Assembly: GCA_035267005.1 (NCBI GenBank)
Contig: DATFMK010000207.1
Span: 1 to 28,870 of the forward strand
Direction of reading: 5' to 3'
Length of the DNA: 28,870 nt
Source of the DNA: Balneolales bacterium
GTDB taxonomy: Bacteria; Bacteroidota; Rhodothermia; Balneolales; DATFMH01
A program made the position numbers and the translations under genes. Positions 8,980-17,499 of this stretch are shown piece by piece (position 1 is the stretch's first letter; each line of letters starts with the position of its first letter). Under the pieces are notes generated by a model. The model worked only from the letters and a program-made list of their open reading frames with translations, did not search any database and was not told the DNA's origin.

Positions 8980-9306
8980 CAAATTGAATCCAAACAAATG
9001 CTGTCAATAGGAGAACAAATAAGAAAGCTGCGAGAGGACCAGGGGTTGCCTTTACGTAAAGTTGCGGCTGAACTGGACATTGACCAATCTATCTTAAGCA
9101 AGATAGAAAGAGGTGAACGGAAAGCTTCCAAGGAACAGATCATTCATATTGCCAGAATTTTCAAAGTGGACGAGAAAGAGTTACTCATTAATTACTTGAG
9201 CGACCGGGTGCTGTACGATCTGAAAGATGAAGATTTGGCAACAGATGCGTTAAAAGTGGCGGAAAAGAAAATTAAATACCTGATCAAAAGCCAAAATGGA
9301 AAGTAG
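8971..9306 (+). CDS. XRE-family HTH regulator (R-M controller-like)
   Basis: IGEQIRKLREDQGLPLRKVAAELDIDQSILSKIERGER; overlaps the MTase start by 11 bp. Confidence 0.9.
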   Translation: MSKQIESKQMLSIGEQIRKLREDQGLPLRKVAAELDIDQSILSKIERGERKASKEQIIHIARIFKVDEKELLINYLSDRVLYDLKDEDLATDALKVAEKKIKYLIKSQNGK

Positions 9307-10873
9307 AAAATCCATACGACCCATAGAACAAGAGTTACCAAATCATTTTGCTGACCGGTTAGGCGTTGCTTACGCTTCTTTGGTTAGTCAGCAACACAAA
9401 AAGGAAAACGGACAGTTTTTTACTCCGGTTGAAATCGCATCCTTAATGGCTTCCTTCTCTGATTTTGCAGGAAATTCTGTCCGAATTCTTGACCCAGGAT
9501 GTGGTTCCGCGGTTTTATCATGTACTTTGATTGAACACCTCGTCAATTCGAATAAAAAACTAAAAACCATTGAATTGGTGGCTTATGAAACGGATGCAGA
9601 ACTCATTCCTGTTTCAAAACGTTCTCTCGCCTATTTAGAAAAATGGGGAAACCAACAGGGAATCAATCTCAAAACGAAACTTTATACGCATGACTTCATC
9701 CTTCATAATTCCGATTGTTTCAAAGAAACAGACGATTTGTTTTCCAAACCGGTTGAGCAGTTTGATATTGTCATTTCAAACCCTCCTTATTTCAAACTAC
9801 CTATTGATGACAAAAGAGCAAAAGTTGCAAAAGTCATAGTGAATGGTCACCCGAATATTTATGCCATTTTCATGGCTTTATCGGCAAAACTGCTCAAAGA
9901 AAATGGCGAGTTAATTTTCATTACGCCACGCAGCTATGCGGCAGGCGGATATTTCAAAATCTTCCGGGAATATTTCTTCAAAATCATTGATTTGGATAAG
10001 GTGCATCTTTTTGTTTCCCGAAAAGACACTTTTAGCAGAGATAAAGTATTGCAGGAAACGGTTATTATTAAAGGAACCAAAAGATCCAAGCCCGAACCAC
10101 AGGTAACCATTTCTTCATCAAGTGGATTGAAAGACTTAAGAAGCCCGTTGATAAAGATATTCCCGAAAAAAGACATCATAGATCTGAATTCCAATGAGAA
10201 AATTCTCTATCTGCCAACAACCGACTATGATGAAGCTGTGTTGGAAATTTTCAAAAACTGGACAGGTAATTTGGCTAAATACAATATCAAGATTTCAACT
10301 GGTCCTGTAGTAGCTTTCCGGGCAAGGAATTACCTAAGGGAGAATTTTGAGAACGGAACGGTGCAATTAGCCCCACTTTTCTGGCTGCATAATGTGAAAC
10401 AGATGATATTGGAATGGCCAATAGTTAAGCCGAAAAAAGAGCAATACATAAACATTGAGGAAAAGGCCATGCCGCTCCTCATTCCCAACAAAAACTATAT
10501 CCTTTTGAGACGTTTCAGCAGCAAAGATGATAAAAATAGGTTGATTGCTGCTCCATACTTCTGCAATTTCATGAAATCGGATTATATCGGAGTTGAAAAC
10601 AAGGTGAATTACATCTATCGTCCAAATGGACACCTTGAACGAAATGAACTTATTGGGCTTTGTGCATTACTTAACAGCAACTTATTCGACGCGTATTTCA
10701 GGATTTTTAACGGCAATGTTAATGTGAGTGCCACAGAGTTAAGGGAGATGTCACTACCTCCACTGGATACCATTCTGGAAATTGGCGACACAATTATCCT
10801 GGCCAACGATTTTTCTGTGGAAAATATAAACCGAATTGTAAACGAATATTTTGAACCGACATACATTACATGA
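9296..10873 (+). CDS. Type II N6-adenine DNA methyltransferase, BsuBI/PstI type
   Basis: GQFFTP, motif I ILDPGCGS, motif IV NPPY, C-terminal FRIFNGNVNVSATELREM. Confidence 0.92.
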   Translation: MESRKSIRPIEQELPNHFADRLGVAYASLVSQQHKKENGQFFTPVEIASLMASFSDFAGNSVRILDPGCGSAVLSCTLIEHLVNSNKKLKTIELVAYETDAELIPVSKRSLAYLEKWGNQQGINLKTKLYTHDFILHNSDCFKETDDLFSKPVEQFDIVISNPPYFKLPIDDKRAKVAKVIVNGHPNIYAIFMALSAKLLKENGELIFITPRSYAAGGYFKIFREYFFKIIDLDKVHLFVSRKDTFSRDKVLQETVIIKGTKRSKPEPQVTISSSSGLKDLRSPLIKIFPKKDIIDLNSNEKILYLPTTDYDEAVLEIFKNWTGNLAKYNIKISTGPVVAFRARNYLRENFENGTVQLAPLFWLHNVKQMILEWPIVKPKKEQYINIEEKAMPLLIPNKNYILLRRFSSKDDKNRLIAAPYFCNFMKSDYIGVENKVNYIYRPNGHLERNELIGLCALLNSNLFDAYFRIFNGNVNVSATELREMSLPPLDTILEIGDTIILANDFSVENINRIVNEYFEPTYIT

Positions 10874-11829
10874 GTAAAATTGAAGAAGCAAAACAGATAT
10901 TGGAAGCGTTGGGACTTCCAAAAAGGCAGCAAAATGACCGTTCCGCATTGACGTTGCTTGCCTTATGTAACCTGAGAGAAAAGGACAAATGGAGCAAGGC
11001 CAAAGCTGTAAGTATGTCTGTTGTTGGCAATAAAGAAAACGCTAAATATGAGGGCGTGATGCGTTTTATTGCGCAGTTTTACAACAAACCATATGCAGAA
11101 AATTCACGGGAAACATTTCGCAGACAAACGCTTCATCAATTTGTTCAGGCTGGAATTGTAAACCACAATCCGGAAAACCCTGAATTACCAACTAACAGCA
11201 AGGACAATCATTATCGCATTTCACCGGAAGCATTGAAGGTCATCAAAACTTTCAACTCAAGAAACTGGAATAAAGAGATCAAGTACTTCAAAGAAAATGT
11301 GGGATTGTTAAGAGACAAATATCACAAGAAAAGAGAATTACGCAAAATTCCATTGAAGTTGAAAGACGGCACAGAACTTACTTTTTCTCCGGGCAAGCAC
11401 AATGAAGTTCAGATTGCCATTATTGAAGAATTTTCTCCACGCTTTGCTCCCGGAAGTGATTTACTGTATGTTGGAGATACCGCCAAGAAAGATCTATACA
11501 TGGACAAAAAGGGTATGGGAAAACTGGGAATTCCTATTGATGAGCACAGCAAGTTACCAGATGTTGTTCTGTACGACAATAAGAAAAAATGGCTGTTCCT
11601 GATTGAAGCGGTTACTTCACATGGTCCTGTTTCTCCGAAACGGATAGTGGAAATGGAAAAGATGTTGAAAAACTGTAAAGCAGGTAAAATATACGTGACA
11701 GCTTTCCCGGACTTCAAGGAGTTCAAACGCCATACTTCTGACATTGCCTGGGAAACAGAAGTTTGGGTAGTCATATTCCCGGATCACATGATCCATTTTA
11801 ATGGGAATAAATTTATGGGACCGAGATAG
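10870..11829 (+). CDS. BsuBI/PstI-family type II restriction endonuclease
   Basis: ALTLLAL, ENSRETFRRQTLHQF, SPGKHN, KLPDVV...LIEAVTSHGP, IAWETEVW; ATGA overlap with the MTase. Confidence 0.92.
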   Translation: MSKIEEAKQILEALGLPKRQQNDRSALTLLALCNLREKDKWSKAKAVSMSVVGNKENAKYEGVMRFIAQFYNKPYAENSRETFRRQTLHQFVQAGIVNHNPENPELPTNSKDNHYRISPEALKVIKTFNSRNWNKEIKYFKENVGLLRDKYHKKRELRKIPLKLKDGTELTFSPGKHNEVQIAIIEEFSPRFAPGSDLLYVGDTAKKDLYMDKKGMGKLGIPIDEHSKLPDVVLYDNKKKWLFLIEAVTSHGPVSPKRIVEMEKMLKNCKAGKIYVTAFPDFKEFKRHTSDIAWETEVWVVIFPDHMIHFNGNKFMGPR

Positions 11830-12047
11830 AAACCTTCACAAAAACAAATGGCGATCCTGCTAATTGCCTACAATTTTACCGAGTAATAACCCAGCCTAAA
11901 AAAATCATATGTGTATACCCGAGAATTGATGCTATTTTAATTATTTTATCTCGAACTCACGTTAATATTATTAATCTGCCAGCAATTGATACTTTGAAAG
12001 TAGAAATTGATAGTATTGAAAATGCAAAAGTGTTTAACAATATTTAA
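11826..12047 (+). pseudogene. Start-less open frame, possible 3' remnant of a lost gene
   Basis: About 70 sense codons ending ...IDTLKVEIDSIENAKVFNNI*, with a GTTTAAC core overlapping its last codons. No recognisable motif. Confidence 0.3.
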
Positions 12048-12152
12048 TGTCTACCCTGTTTTGCATATGGGCTTACTCGTTACTGTGTGCGCCATAGAGC
12101 GAAACTACCAACACACTGTATTGAGGAAGACAGAAAAAGTAAAACGTTAATA
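12032..12152 (+). repeat. Degenerate attC-like site C
   Basis: GTTTAAC-AAT left core and AAC-GTTAATA right core, in the same context as site B (followed by CCAACGC...CATTTGCAA). Internal arms pair poorly. Confidence 0.35.
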
Positions 12153-12266
12153 TGAAATGCCAACGCACAAAGAAGCACATTTGCAAGCCCTGACACACAA
12201 GCTGATGCTCCAATGCTCCATCTTGCAAAAGAGTTTTTTTCTTGCCTACACGCCACCGAAATTTGA

Positions 12267-12274
12267 TACATTTG
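12267..12274 (+). promoter_or_regulatory. Bacteroidota-type -7 promoter box TACATTTG
   Basis: Matches TAnnTTTG, 23 bp upstream of the SWIM gene start. Confidence 0.5.
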
Positions 12275-12297
12275 TGATTTAATAATAGTTTAACTAA

Positions 12298-13998
12298 ATG
12301 CAAATTCCACTAAACCAGTTTGAGCTGTACATTGACGAAACTATCCTGAAACGCGGCCTGCAATATTTTAAAAACGGGCATGTGCATGAACCTATTGAAA
12401 TAAGCCTGGGCATCTATGAAGCTATTGTTGAGGGCTCTCAAGATTATACGGTGCAACTGACCCTTAAAAATGGGGTAATAACCGAATATATTTGCGATTG
12501 CCCCTACGATTTTGGACCTGTGTGCAAACATGTGGCTGCCGTGATTTTTTACCTGCAACAGGATGAACTGGAATTGAATAAGAAGACTAAAAAAACAAAG
12601 GCTGGTCGAACACCTAAAGCTGCAAAACGAAAAACCATAGCCCAACAGGTTGACGAATTGCTCGAAAAAGCCACCCACGAAGAGCTCAAACAATTTATAA
12701 AGGAAAATACTACACAAAATATCCCGTTCAGGAATTTATTTTTATCCTCGTTTGCACAGCATAATTCCGACGAATCAAAGGAGCTTTATACAAAGCAGGT
12801 AAAATCAATCCTTAAAATGGCTTCCGACAAGCATGGTTTTATAGACTGGTCGGCTTCAAGACTTGTAAGTAATACGGTTTACAACCTTTTAGAATCGGCC
12901 CAAAAACAAATTGAGAATCAAAATTTCAAAAGTGCCTTTTATATCTGCACAGCCGTAATGGAACAGATGGCCAAAGCTCTTCAATATGCAGATGACAGTT
13001 ATGGAAATATTGGCGATTGTGTAGATGCTGCTTATGAAATGTTGCATACTATTGCACTAGAACAAACTACAGAAGAAATCAGGAAGTTAATCATTGAATA
13101 TTGTTTCACAGCTTTTGATAAACAAATATACTCGGATTGGGATTGGCATATTGGTGTTTTACGGCTTGCTTCCCTTCTTTTAAAAACAGAAGACGAAACG
13201 GAACGTATTTTTGACCAAATTGAAAAGGCCCAAAGGTCGGACTACGAGAGAGAAGAAGCCCAAAGTATTAAGTACGAAATTTTATTAAAAACCAAAGGGG
13301 AAAATGCTGCTGAAAAATATCTTGAACAAAATATTACCAATTCGAATTTAAGGCGGGAAGCCATAAAAAAATCACTGGAGAAGAAGAATTACGAGAAAGC
13401 TATTTCGATAGCAAAAGATGGGATAAATTATGATAAAAAAGACAAGCCTGGGTTAGTAATAGAATGGTATTATTGGCTACTTAAAATTGCACAAGCCCAG
13501 AACAATACTGATAAAATAATCGAATATGCCCGTTTTTTATTTATCAACAATTTCAGGCATGAACAGGATTATTATGAAATATTAAAGCAACATGTGAAAC
13601 CCGAAAAATGGGTTGCGTTTTTAGAAGATGTTATACAAGATATTACTGCAAAAAAACGTTGGCTCGATACTGGTTTGATAGCAGATATTTTTATTAAAGA
13701 AGAATGGTGGGACAGACTTTTAGAATTGGTTAAAAAATCTCCCAATTTATACACCATTGACCATTACGAAAAATATCTTTCTAAGAAATATCCAAATGAG
13801 ATAGTGGAATTATATGCCGATGGCATTACAGGATATTTAAAAAACAGCGTGGGGCGAAAACATTACCAAAATGCGTGCAGGTATATTAGAAAGATTATAA
13901 AACTGGGTGCAAGAGATAAAGCAAATGAAATTATTTCCTATTTAAGGACTGAATATCCTAAAAGGAAAGCATTAATGGATGAGCTGAACAAGGTATAA
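12298..13998 (+). CDS. SWIM zinc-finger protein with long helical (TPR-like) C-terminus
   Basis: CDCPYDFGPVCKH (CxC...CxH) preceded by KRGLQYF...YEAIVEGSQDYTV. Confidence 0.85.
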   Translation: MQIPLNQFELYIDETILKRGLQYFKNGHVHEPIEISLGIYEAIVEGSQDYTVQLTLKNGVITEYICDCPYDFGPVCKHVAAVIFYLQQDELELNKKTKKTKAGRTPKAAKRKTIAQQVDELLEKATHEELKQFIKENTTQNIPFRNLFLSSFAQHNSDESKELYTKQVKSILKMASDKHGFIDWSASRLVSNTVYNLLESAQKQIENQNFKSAFYICTAVMEQMAKALQYADDSYGNIGDCVDAAYEMLHTIALEQTTEEIRKLIIEYCFTAFDKQIYSDWDWHIGVLRLASLLLKTEDETERIFDQIEKAQRSDYEREEAQSIKYEILLKTKGENAAEKYLEQNITNSNLRREAIKKSLEKKNYEKAISIAKDGINYDKKDKPGLVIEWYYWLLKIAQAQNNTDKIIEYARFLFINNFRHEQDYYEILKQHVKPEKWVAFLEDVIQDITAKKRWLDTGLIADIFIKEEWWDRLLELVKKSPNLYTIDHYEKYLSKKYPNEIVELYADGITGYLKNSVGRKHYQNACRYIRKIIKLGARDKANEIISYLRTEYPKRKALMDELNKV

Positions 13999-14158
13999 GT
14001 CGCTAATACTTATATCCGCGCATTTGGTGGCGCATTTGCAATTCCTAAGAGCTAACGCTAAAGCAAAAATTGCAAAAGAGACCCAAAACCAACACACGGC
14101 AGACAGAAACGATATTGCAAATTGATATGAAAAATGATGGAAAATAAACAACGCCAGC

Positions 14159-14289
14159 CCATAACATTGTATTAATGTAATAGCGAGTTAGAGCTTAAAT
14201 AATTAATGAAGTGCCTAAAATAAATATTGCATTATAGCTGAAACTTAGATGTAGAAATTCGCTACTTCTTATATACGAGACCGTTACGC
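14159..14289 (+). repeat. attC-like imperfect palindrome D (131 bp)
   Basis: Left core CCATAAC; arms GTATTAATGTAATAGCGAGT / ATTCGCTACTTCTTATATAC; right core GTTACGC. Same length and layout as site A. Confidence 0.68.
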
Positions 14290-14348
14290 ACCCCAGCAAC
14301 AAGCACATTAATGGGACTAACCCTAACGCTTTCGGGCATGAATCCGAC

Positions 14349-14428
14349 ACCTATCTTGTGCGTAAGGGTTTAATTAAGTTGACAATCGTTGTTCGTATCT
14401 TAGCCCCTTATGCGCAGGATCGTTATAA
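14349..14428 (+). repeat. attC-like imperfect palindrome E (80 bp)
   Basis: Left core ACCTATC (ACCTAAC with one change); arms TGTGCGTAAGGG / CCCTTATGCGCA pair at 10 of 12; right core GTTATAA. Confidence 0.55.
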
Positions 14429-14575
14429 ACCCGGTTATAATCCGTCATAAAATTCATTCTAATAGGATAAAAAATAGTAAATTACAAGAAAGTTACTGAG
14501 TTAATCGGATAATTAACAGCCACAAACATATTCTACAATCTTTGACACATCTATCCAATCACAGAGAGTACCATT

Positions 14576-15124
14576 ATGAAAACGAGACAATCTATTACAT
14601 CAATCCTGCTCATTTTTTGTTTTGTTATTGCTTCAAGCATGACTGTGGATGCGCAAAAACGCCGTGAACGGCCATCACGGTATAAAAATATGCCTCGCAT
14701 CGGAAACAGGGTTACGCATGTCCCGCGTAGTTCTTATAGAATCCCTTATAAGAAAACCATCTATCATTATCATTCTGGTATATTTTATCGGCCTTATAAT
14801 CGCTTTTTTATTATTGTAAACGCACCTATCGGTATCAGGATACGTACACTTCCGCTCCATCATTACAGAGTGATCATCGGAACACATCTTTATTATTATG
14901 ATTATGGAAATTTCTACGTTCAAAAAGCCAATTATTATGAGTCGGTAGTACCACCATTGGGAGCCCGTGTTGAAGAACTTCCCGCTGGTTATTATAAGAT
15001 TGTTATAGAAAGCAAAACATATTACGAGCTCAATGGAGTGTACTACAAAGCGGTTGTGGATGATAAAGGTGAAGTCTGGTACGAGGTCGTGGGAATCAAT
15101 CATGATATGATAAATGATCAATAA
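14576..15124 (+). CDS. Secreted DUF6515-like protein
   Basis: Signal peptide; Tyr-rich repeats YHYHSGIFY...APIG / YYYDYGNFY...PPLGARVEELP. Confidence 0.7.
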   Translation: MKTRQSITSILLIFCFVIASSMTVDAQKRRERPSRYKNMPRIGNRVTHVPRSSYRIPYKKTIYHYHSGIFYRPYNRFFIIVNAPIGIRIRTLPLHHYRVIIGTHLYYYDYGNFYVQKANYYESVVPPLGARVEELPAGYYKIVIESKTYYELNGVYYKAVVDDKGEVWYEVVGINHDMINDQ

Positions 15125-15334
15125 CAGCCTGCCAAATTTATCAGATTTGTGTAATAGGTACCGGACATAATTCAGAAGTTAGAATAAACACCTTTGGCAT
15201 GGTGATACTCTTATGCCAATAATCAAATTGCTTCACATATTTTAAATTCTAAAGGATTTAAAAGCTGAAAAAAAAACAATTATGGATATTGCAGTGAAAT
15301 ACAGAAACGAACCGTTTAAAGTCAAAGAGGGATT

Positions 15335-16123
15335 GTGCATACGTTATTAGTTTATTTTTTAGGAATCTTATTTACTATAACCGGCTATCATAATGATGTG
15401 GATTCCATACCAAAAACCGATAGCCTGCAGTTTAAGACGATTGTTTTTTCACGATCAGCCCGGGATTGTCAAAAATGTAATATTGAGATGAAGTTCAGTT
15501 ATCCCCAAATAACCGGGGCCGGGAATTCGGGGATAAGAGATTCTCTGAATAATAGAATTCAAAGATATGTTTTAAGATCTGTTTATAGAGGGATTAAAGT
15601 ATCGGATCCCCGTCAGATCTATGGACATTTAGTGCAAGAATACGATTCATTAATTAAAATATTCCCTGATTATCCTCATCATAAATGGTACCTGAATCGA
15701 ACAGTTAAAATCATTTCTCACACATCTACCTATATCAGTTTAGAAATGGAGGAAAATGTTTTTACCGGTGGCGCACATCCTCTGAGTACGCGGAATTACG
15801 AAACCTTTAATGAAAATACGGGACAAAAATTAAGCCTTCATGGTATCATAAAAACGGGTATGATGGATACTCTGCTTTCTATTTCAGAACGAATCTTTAG
15901 GGAAACACGATCGTTATCGCCTGATACTTCTCTTAAAAAAGCTGGTTTCTGGTTTAAAAATGGCCAATTTCATCTAAACAATAACTTTGCCATCACGTCT
16001 AAAGAAGTCATTTTTTATTTTAATCCTTACGAAATTGCTCCCTATGCATGGGGCCCCACCCTGCTCAAAATTCCCCGAAATAAGTTAAAAGATATCGTAA
16101 CTGCACCATTTAATGCCAATTAA
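15335..16123 (+). CDS. DUF4163/DUF3298 (PdaC/RsiV-like) exported protein
   Basis: GTG start; FTGGAHP and FYFNPYEIAPYAWG motifs. Confidence 0.8.
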   Translation: MHTLLVYFLGILFTITGYHNDVDSIPKTDSLQFKTIVFSRSARDCQKCNIEMKFSYPQITGAGNSGIRDSLNNRIQRYVLRSVYRGIKVSDPRQIYGHLVQEYDSLIKIFPDYPHHKWYLNRTVKIISHTSTYISLEMEENVFTGGAHPLSTRNYETFNENTGQKLSLHGIIKTGMMDTLLSISERIFRETRSLSPDTSLKKAGFWFKNGQFHLNNNFAITSKEVIFYFNPYEIAPYAWGPTLLKIPRNKLKDIVTAPFNAN

Positions 16124-16217
16124 ATACTCCTGGCCGACGGCATACTTTACCTTTTTGATTAGTTTAAATCAGACTATTTTAACTCGACAACCGAACGTAA
16201 TTTAAAAGCGGATTTTC

Positions 16218-16505
16218 ATGGAACCATTAATTAAGCGCAGCTGGGTAATCGACAGTATTGTTATTATCGTCACAGCATTTCTTTTGTCCTATATTTACAT
16301 ATATAATGCTCAACATTTTGTACTCAAATTCCTATTAATCTTTTTGCTCATTTACTACTTTTTCGGTAAATCCGCTCAAAAGTACATTGATAAAAAGAAC
16401 CGGGAAGATAAAGAGAAAAGAGAAATGGATATGGATACGAAAGTAGAGGATGAAACAGAAAATGAAATGGATCCCGATTCAAAAGAAGTTAAGAAGGATA
16501 ATTAA
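16218..16505 (+). CDS. Small membrane protein with acidic tail
   Basis: Two hydrophobic segments followed by a charged C-terminus. Confidence 0.6.
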   Translation: MEPLIKRSWVIDSIVIIVTAFLLSYIYIYNAQHFVLKFLLIFLLIYYFFGKSAQKYIDKKNREDKEKREMDMDTKVEDETENEMDPDSKEVKKDN

Positions 16506-16521
16506 TCTTATATAGTCTGAA

Positions 16522-16983
16522 ATGAACGAGACAACGCGTATTGATAACCTATTGTTACAAACAATGAATGGGGACGCATGGCACGGCCCTGCAGTTTTTG
16601 AGCTTTTAAGAGACATCCCGGCAGAAAAAGCTGCTTTTCATCCGGTTGAGGATGTTCACAGTATTTGGGAATTAGTAGAGCACATGACCACGTGGCAAAA
16701 AGTGATCATCAGGCGTATGAACGACGAAGATTATGAACCTTCAGATGAGGAAAACTTTCCGGATGTGACTGCTGATTCGTCCGATACCTGGGAAAAGGCG
16801 GTTGAAGAACTATACCGGACCTATCAGGCTTTAAGAGAAAAAATCATACATTTTCCGGATGAAAAACTCGGGGAAGCTGTACCCGGGAAACATTATACTC
16901 ACTATATACAGTTACACGGTTTAATTCAACATAATTTATACCACGCCGGACAAATCGCTATCCTGAAGAAGAATATAATGTAA
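16522..16983 (+). CDS. DinB/YfiT-like four-helix protein
   Basis: AWHGPA, HSIWELVEHM, HNLYHAGQI (three-His metal site). Confidence 0.88.
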   Translation: MNETTRIDNLLLQTMNGDAWHGPAVFELLRDIPAEKAAFHPVEDVHSIWELVEHMTTWQKVIIRRMNDEDYEPSDEENFPDVTADSSDTWEKAVEELYRTYQALREKIIHFPDEKLGEAVPGKHYTHYIQLHGLIQHNLYHAGQIAILKKNIM

Positions 16984-16988
16984 CATCT

Positions 16989-17037
16989 CAGTTAGCAGTT
17001 AGCAGTTAGCAGTTAGCAGTTAGCAGTTAGCAGTTAG
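16989..17037. repeat. Perfect heptamer tandem repeat (CAGTTAG)x7
   Basis: Counted directly; begins 5 bp after the DinB stop. Confidence 0.97.
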
Positions 17038-17106
17038 CAAAGATGTCGTGCCTGATACCCGCTGTCAAAGGGAAAGTGACTTTCTACCGGTCTTAATAAG
17101 TTATGA

Positions 17107-17143
17107 TTCACCTTTAACGATATACTATTTCGTTAAGGGTGAA
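17107..17143. other. 14-bp inverted repeat (hairpin/terminator or operator)
   Basis: TTCACCTTTAACGA-N9-TCGTTAAGGGTGAA with one G-T pair. Confidence 0.5.
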
Positions 17144-17253
17144 ATATTCATTGGTCACTGTAAATTGCCTTTGTGCCTTATAATATTATTACTCTGATTT
17201 TATTATATTTAATTGTACTTGGTAAAGTTTATTTATAATATTCGACTATAATA

Positions 17254-17457
17254 ATGAGATTATTACGTGTATTTGTACTGATTGTTTTAATAGCTGTTCC
17301 TGTTATATTGATATCAATATTCGGGAAGGATTATATGATTCATAGTCTTTCCGTTATAAATTGGTATGTGACTATTCCTTTGGGGATTCTATTTGGAATA
17401 GTTGCTGCAACGTTTAAAGGTCGTATTGCCCGAAATTCTGCTTCCGAAAACGATTAA
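17254..17457 (+). CDS. Small hypothetical membrane protein
   Basis: 67 aa with two hydrophobic helices. Confidence 0.55.
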   Translation: MRLLRVFVLIVLIAVPVILISIFGKDYMIHSLSVINWYVTIPLGILFGIVAATFKGRIARNSASEND

Positions 17458-17499
17458 TTAATTGCCGGTTATTAATTGAAAGATAAAGTGGGGTAGCAC

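Noticed and set aside
12073-12303. Minus-strand ORFs 12073-12303 and 12080-12271
   Set aside because: They overlie the non-coding leader and promoter of the SWIM gene and have no recognisable motifs.
6609-14428. The repeated palindromes as a CRISPR array or as simple rho-independent terminators
   Set aside because: They are not identical direct repeats with regular spacers, and no cas genes are present. They lack poly-T tails and have long bulged arms with AAC/GTT ends.
16522-16983. DinB as DNA polymerase IV
   Set aside because: It is a 153-aa His-triad DinB/YfiT fold protein, unrelated to Y-family polymerases, so no gene symbol is given.
16989-17037. Heptamer tract as a CRISPR or coding repeat
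   Set aside because: No spacers; it lies outside the DinB ORF and has stop codons in its frames.
17040-17160. Possible cobalamin riboswitch (CCCGCTGT, AAGGGAA words)
   Set aside because: The conserved elements are in the wrong order, the GGTG..AAATCC core is absent, and no B12-related gene follows.
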